From Steroidobacteraceae bacterium (lineage in GTDB: Bacteria; Pseudomonadota; Gammaproteobacteria; Steroidobacterales; Steroidobacteraceae): DNA of 64,000 nucleotides. Positions 19,107-29,417 of the stretch are shown one piece after another. The notes under the pieces are model-generated. The model did no database searches. It was not told the origin of the DNA and saw nothing but the letters and a program-made list of their open reading frames with translations. Position 1 is the first letter of the stretch. Each line of letters begins with the position of its first letter. A program made the position numbers and the translations under genes. The DNA is taken from the NCBI GenBank assembly GCA_036267195.1, contig DATAWM010000018.1, forward strand, positions 2,477 through 66,476, in the 5' to 3' direction.

Positions 19107-19987
19107 GCGGCGGCCGCAGGCGTGTGACGGTGGCGGTGATCCAGCTCGCCTGCAGCTGGGACCTGCCCGCCAACCTCGAGCGGGCCGAGCGTCTGGTGCG
19201 CGCCGCGCACGCGCAGGGCGCGCAGGTGATCGTGCTGCCGGAGCTGTTTGCGACGCCGTACTTCTGCATCGAGCAGGATGTGCGCCACCTGCAGCTCGCG
19301 CACGGCGCGGCCGGCAACCCGCTGCTGCGGCGCTTCGGCGCGCTTGCGCGCGAACTCGCGGTGGTGCTGCCGGTCAGCTTCTTCGAGCGCGCCGGCAACG
19401 TCTACTTCAACTCGCTGGCGCTGTTCGACGCCGACGGCACGCAGCTGGGCATCTATCGCAAATCGCATATTCCCGACGGCCCCGGTTACCAGGAGAAGTT
19501 CTACTTCACCGCCGGGGACACCGGCTTCAAGGTATGGGATACCCGCTATGCCCGCCTCGGCGTGGGGGTGTGCTGGGATCAGTGGTTTCCGGAAAGCGCG
19601 CGCATCATGGCGCTGGCCGGCGCGGAACTGCTGCTGTATCCGAGCGCGATTGGCAGCGAGCCGCCGCCGGCACCGCCGGTGGATTCGCGCCTGCACTGGC
19701 AGCGCACGCAGCAAGGGCACGCCGCCGCGAACCTGATGCCGCTGGCGGCGGCCAATCGCTTCGGCGTGGAGCATTCGCTGCAGGATCCCGCGCTCGCAAT
19801 CCGCTTCTATGGTTCCTCTTTCATCGCCGATGCCGCCGGCGCGCTGCTGGCGCAGGCCGGGCAGGACGAGGAGGCCGTGATCAGCGCCAACTTCGATCTG
19901 GATGAGCTCAAGCGCGCGCGCGATGGTTGGTTCGTATTCCGTGACCGCCGTCCCGACTTGTACGGCTCGCTATCCGGTCATGGTTAG
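19103..19987 (+). CDS. aguB: N-carbamoylputrescine amidase (carbon-nitrogen hydrolase family)
   Basis: VAVIQLACSWD...VIVLPELF...YRKSHIP...VGVCWDQWFPE, covering the catalytic Glu/Lys/Cys triad context. ATG 19103 overlaps the upstream stop (ATGA). Confidence 0.85.
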   Translation: MSGGRRRVTVAVIQLACSWDLPANLERAERLVRAAHAQGAQVIVLPELFATPYFCIEQDVRHLQLAHGAAGNPLLRRFGALARELAVVLPVSFFERAGNVYFNSLALFDADGTQLGIYRKSHIPDGPGYQEKFYFTAGDTGFKVWDTRYARLGVGVCWDQWFPESARIMALAGAELLLYPSAIGSEPPPAPPVDSRLHWQRTQQGHAAANLMPLAAANRFGVEHSLQDPALAIRFYGSSFIADAAGALLAQAGQDEEAVISANFDLDELKRARDGWFVFRDRRPDLYGSLSGHG

Positions 19988-20092
19988 AATCGATCGATTT
20001 GCAGTGCGAACGATAACGAAAATATACTACTGTAGCCGTGTATCGATGGGATCGACGGGCCCGTGCGTCCGCTGGTGGAAAAACGAGGTCAT

Positions 20093-20635
20093 ATGGAACC
20101 AACGGGCAGTAACAGCGCACGTAGCCGTGACCGGCGCGCCGCGGCGTCGCGGCGGGGGGAGAAGTCCGACAGGGCCGAGAAGGCCGACAAAGCCGAGCGT
20201 GCCGCCGGCGCCAAGGTCGACCTGGGCGTGCTGCCCAAGCTGCTGGGCTACAATCTGCGGCGCGCCAACCAGGCTTCGTGGCGTACCTACGTCAGTTTCA
20301 TCGGCGAGCACAAGATCCGCCCCGGCCTGTTCAGCCTGCTGTGCCTGGTGCGCTTCAACGCCGGGATCGCCCAGATCGAGATCGGTACCCATCTGGGGGT
20401 CGACAAGGCCAGCATCGTCGCGCTGCTGGACCGGCTCGAGCGCGCCGGGTTGATCGAGCGGCGCCGCTCGTTGCGTGATCGGCGCCGCCAGGGCATCTCG
20501 CTCACCGACGCCGGCATGAAGGAATTCGATTCGCTGATGACCCAGGTGCGCCAGCTCGAGCGACACATGGCCAGCCGCTTCAACAAGCAGGAGCTCGAGC
20601 AGTTCCTGGGCTACCTGCACCGCATGTACGCGTGA
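20093..20635 (+). CDS. MarR family transcriptional regulator
   Basis: Winged-helix region IAQIEIGTHLGVDKASIVALLDRLERAGLIERRRSLRDRRRQGISLT. ATG 20093 is preceded by a GAGG RBS. Confidence 0.85.
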   Translation: MEPTGSNSARSRDRRAAASRRGEKSDRAEKADKAERAAGAKVDLGVLPKLLGYNLRRANQASWRTYVSFIGEHKIRPGLFSLLCLVRFNAGIAQIEIGTHLGVDKASIVALLDRLERAGLIERRRSLRDRRRQGISLTDAGMKEFDSLMTQVRQLERHMASRFNKQELEQFLGYLHRMYA

Positions 20636-20695
20636 CCCACTTTCTGCCTCGGTATCCGGGTGACGTCGGTTGGCGTGCCGGGCGGGTCCGCAGTT

Positions 20696-21613
20696 TCACG
20701 CGCCGCTGTCGTCGGGGTTCGGGCTCGAGCCACCGCCGCTGGTGCTCAGGGCTTCGGCCAGCGCGGTGGTGAGTGGTTTCATGAACCAGGCCTGCGGGGG
20801 CATCGTGCCGGCGGTGACGCCGTGGTCGGCCAGCGCAGCGGCTACCATCGGTCCGACGGCGGCGATGTGGGTGGCTGCCAGCGCGGAGCGTACCTGCGAG
20901 GGCGGCGCTGCGCGGAATAATCGCTCCACCTGGGCCTTGCTGGTGAACACCAGCGCATCGATCGCGCCGGCCGCTAGGTGCGCGACCAGCTCGCGCACGG
21001 CCTCGTCGGAGGCGACCTCGGCGTAGGCATAGGGCGCCACCGGCAGCGCCGCGGCGCCGGCCGCTTCGAGGAACTCGATCAGGGCGCGGTTGGGATCGCT
21101 GCCGTAGAGCTGTACGCCGACGCGACGGCCGGCGAGGTCGACGCGGCGCAAGGTCTCGATCACCCCCGCGGTGGTCGGCGGCGTCGCGGGCAGATCCGCC
21201 GCTAGACCGAGCGCGCGCAATGCGCGCGCCGGCTTGGGGCCGCGCGTGATCTTACGTACCCGGCCCAGGGCCGCCAGGAATGCGGCCGCGAGGGATGGCT
21301 CGTTGCGCTCGATGCAGCCGAGCAGCCGCTGCAGGCCCTCGCCGGTGAGCAGGATCAGATCATCACAGTCGCCGGCGCAGAAGCGGCGGGTCCAGGCGAG
21401 CACCGGCGCCGGATCGGGTGCATCGATGATACGCACCAGTGGATAGCGCAGCACGCGCGCGCCTCGGCGCTCGAGCAGTCCGGCGAGCACGTCGAGCTCG
21501 CGCGTCTCGGCGATGGCGATGACGCGGCCGGCCAGCACCTCATCGAGGTTGGTAACCACCGGCTGCAGTGTAGCCGACACCGGCCGCGGACGTGCCACGG
21601 ACAGAATAAGCAC
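20696..21613 (-). CDS. Uroporphyrinogen-III synthase (HemD)-like protein
   Basis: Two-lobed HemD-like pattern ([12 protein letters not shown]; [14 protein letters not shown]). It is divergent from cysD. Confidence 0.65.
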   Translation of the reverse strand: MLILSVARPRPVSATLQPVVTNLDEVLAGRVIAIAETRELDVLAGLLERRGARVLRYPLVRIIDAPDPAPVLAWTRRFCAGDCDDLILLTGEGLQRLLGCIERNEPSLAAAFLAALGRVRKITRGPKPARALRALGLAADLPATPPTTAGVIETLRRVDLAGRRVGVQLYGSDPNRALIEFLEAAGAAALPVAPYAYAEVASDEAVRELVAHLAAGAIDALVFTSKAQVERLFRAAPPSQVRSALAATHIAAVGPMVAAALADHGVTAGTMPPQAWFMKPLTTALAEALSTSGGGSSPNPDDSGA

Positions 21614-21708
21614 ATAACGCCGGCAAGCCTATAGAATCTGTGGCGTATCAAATGGTTATCGGCGCAACGTGTTGCGCCGCCGTTGTTTCGCCACCCGTCA
21701 CGGCCTGC

Positions 21709-22611
21709 ATGCCCAAGTTATCGCATCTGGCTCGGCTAGAGGCCGAGAGCATCCATATCTTTCGCGAGGTGATCGCCGAGTGCGAGCACCCGGTGATGCT
21801 GTATTCGATCGGCAAGGACAGCTCGGTCATGCTGCACCTGGCGCTCAAGGCCTTCCATCCGGCACCGCTGCCGTTTGCGCTGCTGCATGTGGACACCACC
21901 TGGAAGTTCCGCGAGATGGTCGCGTTCCGCGACCAGACGGTGCGCCGGCTCGGCCTGAAGCTGATCGTGCACGTCAACCAGGACGGCGTCGCGATGGGCA
22001 TCAATCCATTCATCCACGGCTCGGCGCTGCATACCGATATCATGAAGACCCAGAGCCTGAAGCAGGCCCTGGACCGTCACGGCTTCGACGCCGCCTTCGG
22101 CGGGGCGCGGCGCGACGAGGAGAAGTCGCGCGCCAAGGAGCGGGTGTTCTCGCTGCGCTCGGCGCAGCACCGCTGGGATCCCAAGCGGCAGCGGCCCGAG
22201 CTGTGGCGGCTCTACAACGCGCGCATCACCAAGGGCGAGAGCCTGCGGGTGTTTCCGCTGTCGAACTGGACCGAGCTGGACGTGTGGCAATACATCTACC
22301 AGGAGAGCATTCCGATCGTGCCGCTGTACTTCGCCAAGGAACGCCCGGTGGTCGAGCGCGACGGGGCGCTGATCATGGTCGATGACGAGCGCATGCCGCT
22401 GGCCGCCGGCGAGCAGCCGCAGCTGCGCAAGGTGCGCTTCCGCACCCTGGGGTGCTATCCGCTCACCGGCGCGATCGAGAGCGAGGCCGATTCACTGCCG
22501 GCGATCATCGAGGAGATGCTGGTGGCGCGCACCTCCGAGCGCCAGGGGCGCGTGATCGATCACGACGGTTCGGCATCGATGGAAAAGAAGAAGCAGGAAG
22601 GCTACTTCTGA
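21709..22611 (+). CDS. cysD: Sulfate adenylyltransferase subunit 2
   Basis: [18 protein letters not shown]...[17 protein letters not shown], and the C-terminus ...[17 protein letters not shown] is typical of CysD. Start at ATG 21709. Confidence 0.95.
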   Translation: MPKLSHLARLEAESIHIFREVIAECEHPVMLYSIGKDSSVMLHLALKAFHPAPLPFALLHVDTTWKFREMVAFRDQTVRRLGLKLIVHVNQDGVAMGINPFIHGSALHTDIMKTQSLKQALDRHGFDAAFGGARRDEEKSRAKERVFSLRSAQHRWDPKRQRPELWRLYNARITKGESLRVFPLSNWTELDVWQYIYQESIPIVPLYFAKERPVVERDGALIMVDDERMPLAAGEQPQLRKVRFRTLGCYPLTGAIESEADSLPAIIEEMLVARTSERQGRVIDHDGSASMEKKKQEGYF

Positions 22612-24533
22612 TGAGCGCCGAGCCCGAGCCGCTGCCGGCGCAGCTCAACGCCTGGCTGGCCGCGCAAGCCGACAAGGATCTGCTGCGCTTCATCACCTGC
22701 GGCAGCGTCGATGACGGCAAGAGCACGCTGATCGGCCGGCTGCTGTACGAGTCGCGCGTGCTGTTCGAGGACCAGCTGTTGGCGCTGGAGCGCGATTCGC
22801 GCCGGCTCGGCACGCAGGGCGAGGAGCTCGATTTTGCGCTGCTGGTCGACGGCCTGGCGGCCGAGCGCGAGCAGGGCATCACCATCGACGTCGCCTACCG
22901 CTTCTTCGCCACCGAACATCGCAAGTACATCGTGGCCGACACCCCCGGGCACGAGCAGTACACACGCAACATGGTCACGGGCGCCTCCACCGCGGAGCTG
23001 GCGGTCATTCTGATCGACGCCCGCAAGGGCGTGCTGACGCAGACGCGCCGCCACAGCTACCTGGTGTCGCTGCTGGGTATCCGCCGAGTGGTGCTGGCGA
23101 TCAACAAGATGGACCTGGTGGACTACGCCGAGCCGGTGTTTCGGCGCATCGAGCGCGAGTACCGCGAGTTCGCGGCCCGGATCGGTTTGACGGAAATCAC
23201 CGCGATCCCGGTGTCGGCGCTGGTCGGCGACAATGTCATCGAGCCCGGTACGCGCATGCCCTGGTATCGCGGGCCGACGCTGCTGTCGCACCTGGATACC
23301 GTGCCGCCAGTGCAGCAGCCGGACAAGCAGCCGTTCCGCATGCCGGTGCAGTGGGTCAACCGGCCCAACCAGGAGTTTCGCGGCTACGCCGGGCTGATCG
23401 TCGGGGGCGGCGTGCGTGTGGGTGATCCGCTGGTGGTGCTGCCTTCGGGGCTCAAGAGTCGCGTGGCGCGCATCATCGGCCCAGACGGGGATCTGCCCCA
23501 GGCGGCCGCGGGGCAGTCGGTCACGCTCGCATTGGAGGATCAGATCGATGTCAGCCGCGGCGACCTGTTCGCCCCGGCCTCCGCGCCGGCGCAGGTGAGC
23601 GATCTGTTCGAGGCCACGGTGGTGTGGATGAGCGAGGAGCCGATGCTGCCGGGCCGGCCATACCTGCTCAAGTGCGGTACGCGCACCGTCACCGCGACCG
23701 TGGCGCCGCTCAAGCACAAGATCAACGTCAATACGCTCGAGAAGCTCTCGGCGCGGCAGCTGGAGCTCAACGAAATCGGGCTGGTGCATCTGAATCTGGA
23801 CCGGCCGCTGGCGTTCGATCCGTACGAGGACAATCGCGATACCGGCGGCTTCATCCTCATCGATCGCATCAGCAACGGCACCGTCGGCGCGGGGCTCCTG
23901 CACGCGGCGTTGCAGCGCGCTCACGACCTGCACTGGCAGACGCTCGACATCGATCAGGCGAGCCGCTCGGCGCAGAAGCAGCAGCGGGCCTGCGTGCTGT
24001 GGTTCACGGGGCTATCGGGCGCCGGCAAGTCGACCATCGCGAACCTGGTCGAGAAGCGGCTGTTCGGCGCGGGCCGCCATACGTACCTGCTCGACGGCGA
24101 CAACGTGCGGCACGGCCTGTGCCGCGACCTGGGCTTCAGCGACGCCGACCGGGTCGAGAACATCCGCCGTGTCGGCGAGGTGGCGCGCCTGATGACCGAC
24201 GCCGGACTGATCGTGCTGGTGTCGTTCATCTCACCGTTCCGGGCGGAGCGGCGCCTGGCGCGCTCGTTGCTCGCCTCGGGCGAGTTCTTCGAGATCTACA
24301 TCGACACGCCGCTGGAGGAGGCCGAGAAGCGCGATACCAAGGGGTTGTACCGCAAGGCACGTGCCGGCGAGATCCACAATTTCACCGGCATCGACTCCCC
24401 GTACGAGCCGCCGGAGAATCCCGAGGTGCACATCGACACACGCACCACCAGCGCCGAGCAGGCCGCCGAGCAGATCATCGCGTATCTGCGCAAGCTCGGC
24501 GTGATCGATCGCGACTGGGTGTTCATCCCCTGA
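22611..24533 (+). CDS. cysNC: Bifunctional sulfate adenylyltransferase subunit 1 / adenylylsulfate kinase
   Basis: GTPase G1 motif [15 protein letters not shown], plus DTPGH and NKMD. The C-terminal APS-kinase domain has the P-loop [16 protein letters not shown] 22611 overlaps the cysD stop (TGATG). Confidence 0.95.
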   Translation: MSAEPEPLPAQLNAWLAAQADKDLLRFITCGSVDDGKSTLIGRLLYESRVLFEDQLLALERDSRRLGTQGEELDFALLVDGLAAEREQGITIDVAYRFFATEHRKYIVADTPGHEQYTRNMVTGASTAELAVILIDARKGVLTQTRRHSYLVSLLGIRRVVLAINKMDLVDYAEPVFRRIEREYREFAARIGLTEITAIPVSALVGDNVIEPGTRMPWYRGPTLLSHLDTVPPVQQPDKQPFRMPVQWVNRPNQEFRGYAGLIVGGGVRVGDPLVVLPSGLKSRVARIIGPDGDLPQAAAGQSVTLALEDQIDVSRGDLFAPASAPAQVSDLFEATVVWMSEEPMLPGRPYLLKCGTRTVTATVAPLKHKINVNTLEKLSARQLELNEIGLVHLNLDRPLAFDPYEDNRDTGGFILIDRISNGTVGAGLLHAALQRAHDLHWQTLDIDQASRSAQKQQRACVLWFTGLSGAGKSTIANLVEKRLFGAGRHTYLLDGDNVRHGLCRDLGFSDADRVENIRRVGEVARLMTDAGLIVLVSFISPFRAERRLARSLLASGEFFEIYIDTPLEEAEKRDTKGLYRKARAGEIHNFTGIDSPYEPPENPEVHIDTRTTSAEQAAEQIIAYLRKLGVIDRDWVFIP

Positions 24534-24569
24534 GGCGGCATCCCCCGCGGCAGCGCCGTGGGCGGGCGT

Positions 24570-26555
24570 TCACCACAGCGGACTGCCGCGATTCTGGTGG
24601 ACCGAATCGGCCTGCACCGATGAGGCGGCGTTACCCCAGGACTGGCGTACATAGCTGAGCACCTCGGCGATCTGGTCGTCGTCGAGTGCCTGCGAGAACG
24701 GCGGCATGCCGAAGGGCAGGGGGTCGAGCGCGGTTCCGGGCGGATAGCCGCCGAACAGCACGATGCGGATCGGATTGACGTCCGAGTCCATCGTGACGGC
24801 CCGATTGCCGGCCAACGGTGGGCCCAGCGGCGCGTGACCTTCACCCTCGCGGCCGTGGCACGAGGCGCAGCGAGTGTCATAGATGGTGCGCCCGTCGTAC
24901 ATCAATGTATCGCTCGCCCGGTCCAGCACCTGCGCTCGCGCGCTCGCCGGGCCGGCGGCGCTATCCGGCAACGACTTCAGGTACACCGCCATCGCATGTA
25001 GATCGGTATCGGACAGGTGCTGCAGGCTGGAGAACACCACCTCGGACATCGGTCCGAGGGTCACGGCGTGCGGGGAGCTCGCGTCCGCCGTGGAGCCCGC
25101 ACCCGCGTCGGCATCCGCGCCGACCCCGATCGCGCCGCTCTGGAGCAGCGTGACGATATCGTCGAGGCTCCAGCCATGCACGCCGGCCTGCGCGGAGTTG
25201 GTCAGCGACGGCGCAAACCAACTGAGCGCCAGGCCTCCGGGCGGGCTCGTCCCCGACAACGTCGCGCCTAGCGAATTGCGCGCGGCGTGACAGGCGCTGC
25301 AGTGGCCCAATCCCTGCACCAGGTAGGCGCCGCGGTTCCACTCGGCGTCATGTGCGCTGTCGCTGCGGTACACGCCCGGGCGGAAGTAGAGTGAGCGCCA
25401 GACCCGCAGCAACCAGCGATGGTTGTATGGAAACTGCAGCTGATGGGCACGGTTCGGCTGCGATACCGCGGCGACGGTGCGCAGGTAGGCGAACATCGCA
25501 TCGGCGTCGGCGCGGGCGATGCGGGTGTAGTTGGTGTAGGGAAAGGCCGGATAAAGCGGTGTGCCGTCCGGGGCGTAGCCGTCATGCAGCGCATGCCAGA
25601 AGTCCTGCTCGCTCCAGCGGCCGATGCCGGTGTCGTCGTCCGGCGTGATGTTGGGCGAATAGAACGTGCCGAATGGCGTGGGAATGGCTCGGCCGCCGGC
25701 GAACGCGGCGCCCCCGCGAGCGGTATGGCAGACCTCGCAGTCTCCCAGCGTCACCAGCTCGCGCCCGCGCTCGGCCTCGCCCGCGGCACCGGCCGCCGCT
25801 GTGATGGGTCGCACCGCGGCGGATGGCAGCGCGGCCGATGGCACCGCAGATGGCGCCGCGGCCGCTTGCGCGGTGGCCGGCTCGATGCTGCCACACTGCA
25901 GCGGCGGCGGCTGCACGAACGCCGTCTGGGTCTGCGCGTCCGGCGGCACGGCCCGTGATGCCAGCCATGCGGTGACCGCGGCCAGATCCTGCGGCTGCAG
26001 CCGGCGTGCGATCTGCGACATGCAGTCCGGCGCCATTGCGGCGCGCGAGCCGTTGCGCCACGCGCCGAGCTGTCCCATCAGATAGTCCTGCGAGACGCCG
26101 AGCAGACCGGGCACGTCGGGCGCGACGCCGAGCAACTGCGTGCCATGGCAGGCTGTGCAGGCGGGGATCTTCAGGCTGGGATCGCCCTGCGTCACCAGCT
26201 GCCGCCCGCGCTCGAGCAGCGCGGCGCCGACGTCCGGCGATTCGGGTGGTGGATACGCGACCTGCTGGGCGGCGAAATACTCCGCCATCTGGTGCAGGGC
26301 GGCGTCGTCCTGCAGGCCCATGAAGTACACCATCATCGGGAAATGCCGGCGCCCGGCGCGGAAGTTGACCATCTGGTTGAACAGGTAACCGGCAGGCTTG
26401 CCGGCGATGCGCGGGTAATAGCCCTCGTTGGTAGCGTGCCCGCGCTCGCCGTGGCAGGTGGTACACGGCTGCACGCGCTGTGCGACCGTGCCGGCTGCAT
26501 GCGCGCAGCTGCAGATCAGCAGCATCGCGAGGATTCGCGCCGCCAGCGAGCTCAA
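24570..26555 (-). CDS. Multihaem cytochrome c (five CxxCH): c4-like dihaem module fused to a trihaem dehydrogenase-type cytochrome c
   Basis: Haem sites CTTCH, CTACH, CEVCH, CSACH and CASCH. The C-terminal 430 aa resemble cytochrome c subunits of membrane dehydrogenases (PFGTFYSPNITPD..GIGRWS). Start proposed at TTG 26555 (LSSLAARILAMLLICSCAHA, a signal peptide). The track ORF start at 26822 would overlap the kinase gene. Confidence 0.8.
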   Translation of the reverse strand: MSSLAARILAMLLICSCAHAAGTVAQRVQPCTTCHGERGHATNEGYYPRIAGKPAGYLFNQMVNFRAGRRHFPMMVYFMGLQDDAALHQMAEYFAAQQVAYPPPESPDVGAALLERGRQLVTQGDPSLKIPACTACHGTQLLGVAPDVPGLLGVSQDYLMGQLGAWRNGSRAAMAPDCMSQIARRLQPQDLAAVTAWLASRAVPPDAQTQTAFVQPPPLQCGSIEPATAQAAAAPSAVPSAALPSAAVRPITAAAGAAGEAERGRELVTLGDCEVCHTARGGAAFAGGRAIPTPFGTFYSPNITPDDDTGIGRWSEQDFWHALHDGYAPDGTPLYPAFPYTNYTRIARADADAMFAYLRTVAAVSQPNRAHQLQFPYNHRWLLRVWRSLYFRPGVYRSDSAHDAEWNRGAYLVQGLGHCSACHAARNSLGATLSGTSPPGGLALSWFAPSLTNSAQAGVHGWSLDDIVTLLQSGAIGVGADADAGAGSTADASSPHAVTLGPMSEVVFSSLQHLSDTDLHAMAVYLKSLPDSAAGPASARAQVLDRASDTLMYDGRTIYDTRCASCHGREGEGHAPLGPPLAGNRAVTMDSDVNPIRIVLFGGYPPGTALDPLPFGMPPFSQALDDDQIAEVLSYVRQSWGNAASSVQADSVHQNRGSPLW

Positions 26556-26587
26556 CTTCCGGACTGTCGCTGGCCGCTGCGCCCCGA

Positions 26588-29254
26588 TCAACCGCCGCGC
26601 TCGATAGTCACGGCGGCGCGCGCGCTTGGCACTGCCGGCCGTGCCGGGGTCCCCGGTGGGCCGAGCGCGACATAGAAGCGGGTGGTCTCGTGGCGCAGCG
26701 GGTTGGAGATGATCGGAATGTAGATGGTGATGTCGTCGGCTCCGCTGGGGATATCCTCGGTACGAACCCCCAGAGGGGCGTAATCGACCTCGGCCTTGGC
26801 GGAATCTTCCACAGTCCACCATACGAAGCGTACCTCATCGCGCGCGCTGCCTGTGCGGCGGATGACCACACGTGCCGCCGGTGCCGTATCGGCGACGCGA
26901 TAACTCGGCGCGGCGAACTGGACCCCGATCGCGCCAGCCGCGCCCTGGTCGGCGGCCGGCCCGGTGGCGGCGGTGTCGGCACCTTCAATACCGCTGGCGT
27001 CCGGGGCAGCGCCGGCGGCGTCGGCGCGGTCCACGGCGGCGCCGTCGCCCTCTGCAGCGCTGCGCGCATCGTCGGGCGCAGCCGCGAGCGTATCGCCGGG
27101 CGCCGCGGCCGCGCCGGTTTCATCGCGCCCGGAGTCGCCGGATGTTGCGACTGCGGCCCGCGGGATGCGGTGGCCGCGGGCATGCGCCCTGTGGCCCTGA
27201 TCAGCGTCGGAGGGCGCTGCCGCCTGCGGTTCGCCCGCGGCTGTCGTCGCCCCTCCGACCAATGCCTCGGCGCCCGCGCCCGCGCCGGCGGCGACAGGCG
27301 CGGAGTCGGCGGGTGCGCCGCCGGGCAGCGCCTCATCGGCCGTCGTTCGCCACTGATGCCAGGTGCTCTGCAGGCGGCCGCTGGCAGCCGTCAGACCTGC
27401 CCGCCAATCAACAACGTTGCCGTGCAGCTCGACGGCGACCACGGCTGCTCCCAGCGCCAGCAGCAGCACGGCGGCCGTGATGGCGCCGGCGATCCCGGAG
27501 CGCCGCGGCGGGGCCGCCGTGAGCTGGTGCGTCGGGGGCAGCTGCTCGGCGGCCGCGGCTACGCCGAGCTGCTCGAGCCAGGGCTCGATCTGCGCCGGCC
27601 GCTGGGCGCGCTCCCACGCCAGGCCGTGCCGCAGGGCGCGCCAGCACTCGGTCGATACCCGGGGCGGCCGCGACGGGCGCAGGTGCTGCGCCCGAGCCTC
27701 GGTCGAGGACTTGCAGTCGAACGGATGCCGTCCGGTCAGCAGCTCGTAGGCAATGCAGGCCACGGCATAGATATCGTCGCGCGGCTCGGCCCGCCGCCCC
27801 TGGAGCTGTTCATAACTGGCGTAGGCCGGCGTGGCAGTGCGGTAGCTGCGGCTGCGGCCGGGGGAGTCGGGATCGGCGATCCAGGGTTCGGGGGGCGAGT
27901 GGCTCAGGCCGCCGAAATCCAGCACGCGCACCTGCCCGCCGTAGGTGATGAAGATATTGTGCGGCTTCAGGTCGCCGTGGACAACGCCGCGCGAATGCGC
28001 GTGCGCGATCGCGGCGCCGATGTCACGGATGATGCTGAGTGCATAGGGTGCCGACAGCGGGCCGCCGGTGCGCTCGAGCAATTGACTGAGACGCTCTCCG
28101 TCGAGCAGCTCCATCGTGTAGAAGCTGGCATCGCCCTCGTGATCGATCTCGTAGACGTTGATGACATTGGGATGGGAGAGCTGCTGAGCGTTATGAAACT
28201 CGCGTACCAGCGCCAGCGCGTTGGCCGCACCCAGCGGCTGTGACGTCACGATCTTGAGCGCGACACAGCTGTCGGGCAGACCGAGGCTGGCGCGATAGCG
28301 GTCGAGGGCGCGGTAGACCGATCCCATGCCACCGCTGCCGAGCAGGGCCTGCAGGTCGTAGCGATTGCACAGCAGCGTGCCCGGTGCGATCGCCGGCGTG
28401 CTCTGCGCCGCGCTCTGAGCCCGGCCCGGTGCCGCTGTCTGCGTCGGCGGCGCGCCCTGCGCCCATGAGCGTGCCGCCGCCAATGCGGCGGCGTCCATCC
28501 GCTGCGCTGCGGCCAGCAGCTCGACCGCGGTCATTTCCGCGGCTGCGGGGGCCGGCGGCGCCGCGGCTGCAACGCGGACGGCCGGGCCCACCGGACGTGT
28601 CGCCGCGGTGGCTGCGACGGCGGCGGCGGTGGGGCCTGCGGCCGAGGCCGGGGCGGTGTCGGCGGCCTGTGCCGGTGTCGCCGGCGCTACGGCGGCGGCT
28701 GGCGGCGGCGCGGATGCCTCGGCGGGTGATTGCGCTGTCGCGTCCGCTTGCGCGGCTGCCTGTGCCGGGGCCGCGACCGCCGGCGCCGCGGCTACCGGTT
28801 GCGCCCGTTCCTGCGCAGCCGGGGTGTCGGGTGCCGCTGGTGCGGCCGCGGCCGGCGCGCTCGCGGGCGCCGGCTCTGCGGCGGGCAGCGGTGCGGTCGT
28901 GGTGGCGCGCGCGCGCGTATCCGTGCTCTCGGGTGCACGGTTCCTGGACAGAGGCGCCGCACGCGAGGCGACGGTCTGATCGATCTTATCCTTGATCTTC
29001 TGATGCTGGGCCGCGGACATCTGGCCCAGACGGTGATAGCGGTCGATCAGGGTCAGCAGCTGCCGCGCGAACTCGGGCTTGGCGCGGCACAGTGATGCGA
29101 CGTCCCAGAGATAGAACTCCTCCTTGTACGTGCCGCTGAGCATCGCGCTCACCAGCGCGCGCAGCTGGTCGGCGTCGTCGCTGACCGGCGCGGTGACCGG
29201 TTCGGTGACCGGCTCCGGATTGCGTCGGGTGGTTGCGGGCATGGGGCGAAGCAT
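26588..29254 (-). CDS. Membrane Ser/Thr protein kinase (Hanks-type) with a C-terminal Calx-beta-like extracytoplasmic domain
   Basis: Kinase motifs LGSGGMGSVYRA, VALK, HGDLKPHNIF and DFG. One TM helix, IAGAITAAVLLLALGAAVVAV. The C-terminal beta-rich module reads VRFVWWTVEDSAKAEVDYAPLG...ITIYIPIISNP. There are long Ala/Pro-rich linkers. Confidence 0.85.
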   Translation of the reverse strand: MLRPMPATTRRNPEPVTEPVTAPVSDDADQLRALVSAMLSGTYKEEFYLWDVASLCRAKPEFARQLLTLIDRYHRLGQMSAAQHQKIKDKIDQTVASRAAPLSRNRAPESTDTRARATTTAPLPAAEPAPASAPAAAAPAAPDTPAAQERAQPVAAAPAVAAPAQAAAQADATAQSPAEASAPPPAAAVAPATPAQAADTAPASAAGPTAAAVAATAATRPVGPAVRVAAAAPPAPAAAEMTAVELLAAAQRMDAAALAAARSWAQGAPPTQTAAPGRAQSAAQSTPAIAPGTLLCNRYDLQALLGSGGMGSVYRALDRYRASLGLPDSCVALKIVTSQPLGAANALALVREFHNAQQLSHPNVINVYEIDHEGDASFYTMELLDGERLSQLLERTGGPLSAPYALSIIRDIGAAIAHAHSRGVVHGDLKPHNIFITYGGQVRVLDFGGLSHSPPEPWIADPDSPGRSRSYRTATPAYASYEQLQGRRAEPRDDIYAVACIAYELLTGRHPFDCKSSTEARAQHLRPSRPPRVSTECWRALRHGLAWERAQRPAQIEPWLEQLGVAAAAEQLPPTHQLTAAPPRRSGIAGAITAAVLLLALGAAVVAVELHGNVVDWRAGLTAASGRLQSTWHQWRTTADEALPGGAPADSAPVAAGAGAGAEALVGGATTAAGEPQAAAPSDADQGHRAHARGHRIPRAAVATSGDSGRDETGAAAAPGDTLAAAPDDARSAAEGDGAAVDRADAAGAAPDASGIEGADTAATGPAADQGAAGAIGVQFAAPSYRVADTAPAARVVIRRTGSARDEVRFVWWTVEDSAKAEVDYAPLGVRTEDIPSGADDITIYIPIISNPLRHETTRFYVALGPPGTPARPAVPSARAAVTIERGG

Positions 29255-29417
29255 AACGGCTTACGGCCCTCCAACCCAATCGCGCCACGGTGAATCGGCT
29301 GTCGGGTGCCTCCGACCGCCGTTACGGCGTGTTTGCCGGCCGCATCGTCCATCGGCTACTGGTAGCGCCGCTGCGGTATGCTGCGATCAGCGCCCGATGG
29401 GTTGACAGACTGCGCGG

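Noticed and set aside
22602-23933. 443-aa minus-strand ORF.
   Set aside because: It is antisense to cysNC. It is a shadow ORF.
26480-28243. 587-aa plus-strand ORF.
   Set aside because: It is antisense to the Ser/Thr kinase. It is Gly/Arg/Ala-rich with no motifs.
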